A stretch of 63,213 nt of DNA, filler included. It is 4 parts of 4 records of this genome, joined end to end, with 100 filler letters (N's around TTAATTAATTAA, not from the genome) between each part and the next. Parts side by side here need not be neighbours in the genome. Positions count along the whole stretch, not along the records: positions 43,063 to 63,213 come from SRR2962707_4369; 3 more parts are not named here. The stretch is one strand, 5' to 3'. Of the stretch, positions 62,863 to 63,213 are shown piece after piece. The notes under the pieces were generated by a model, which was given only the letters and a program-made list of their open reading frames with translations, ran no database searches and was not told the DNA's origin. The position numbers and the translations under genes are program-made. Every line of letters begins with the position of its first letter. Positions within the stretch are counted from its first letter, which is position 1.

Positions 62863-63213
62863 ATGAACCCAATGACAAGTGAGTGAGCGCGCACGCAAAA
62901 CGTACGCTCAATCTCGCTGCCTGCGTCGCGCACCCTCGCACTGACAGTGTTTCGAGGCTGCTCGGCGGCGCTGTTGTTCGAAGAATCCCGAAACGAAGCA
63001 CAGACACGACAAGACAACCTGTGCGATCTCGCGCTCGGCTCTCTTTTGTTTTGTCCTTCACGGCGTCTGACGCTGTTGCACTTGCACACCTACAGCAACA
63101 GCGCACGACACCGCCCTCCGCCGCCCCCTCCACCTCTGCCTCCACCTTCATCGCCATCGACGATGCCCCCTCCACCTGCACCTCCACCGCCCCCTCCAAC
63201 TCCACCCCCATCG
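62863..63213 (+). CDS. Possible 5' end of a divergent spliced gene encoding a polyproline-rich protein
   Basis: ATG 62863, donor GTGAGC 62883, CTGAC branch and TACAG acceptor at 63095 give MNPMTSDNSARHRPPPPPPPLPPP...; runs off the window. Confidence 0.4.

Noticed and set aside
62792-63211. 139-aa minus-strand ORF as an upstream part of the PKS
   Set aside because: Low-complexity antisense of a polyproline tract; an in-frame stop at 62781-62779 precedes the PKS frame.
1-63213. CRISPR arrays, tRNA/rRNA genes, transposases, PPTase
   Set aside because: None recognised by eye; the repeats seen are RTX coding repeats and trinucleotide microsatellites.

Overview
The window is four unrelated contig pieces joined by artificial 100-bp spacers (44 N + TTAATTAATTAA + 44 N at 9648-9747, 31631-31730, 42963-43062), so nothing should be inferred across them. 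Piece 1 (1-9647) is an alphaproteobacterial aromatic alcohol/aldehyde catabolic cluster: two vanillin-dehydrogenase-like ALDHs, an SDR, a branched-chain-type ABC transporter, an AraC regulator and a partial Fe-ADH. Piece 2 (9748-31630) is Rhodobacteraceae/Roseobacter-like core genome (pnp, rpsO, truB, rbfA, dapB, purH, lspA, M16 peptidases, deoC, urate catabolism). Pieces 3 and 4 are eukaryotic, with short spliceosomal introns that I could model in frame by hand. Piece 3 (31731-42962) holds an 11-intron coiled-coil/ankyrin gene converging on a GH38 alpha-mannosidase that carries a multi-pass membrane insertion. Piece 4 (43063-63213) holds the highlight, a ~19.5-kb hybrid PKS-NRPS gene. Its two KS modules lack AT domains (trans-AT style). 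A FAS-type starter-acyltransferase-like domain is inserted inside the first condensation domain. It also has a methyltransferase-interrupted but decayed A domain, a small-residue A domain, an E-like domain, an Orn-type A domain, a terminal KS-cMT-ACP module and a C-terminal FabD-like malonyl-AT. A predicted 113-nt intron fuses an FSH1/LovG-type hydrolase on as the release domain (about 6445 aa in total). All domain calls come from motif reading by eye, with no database searches.
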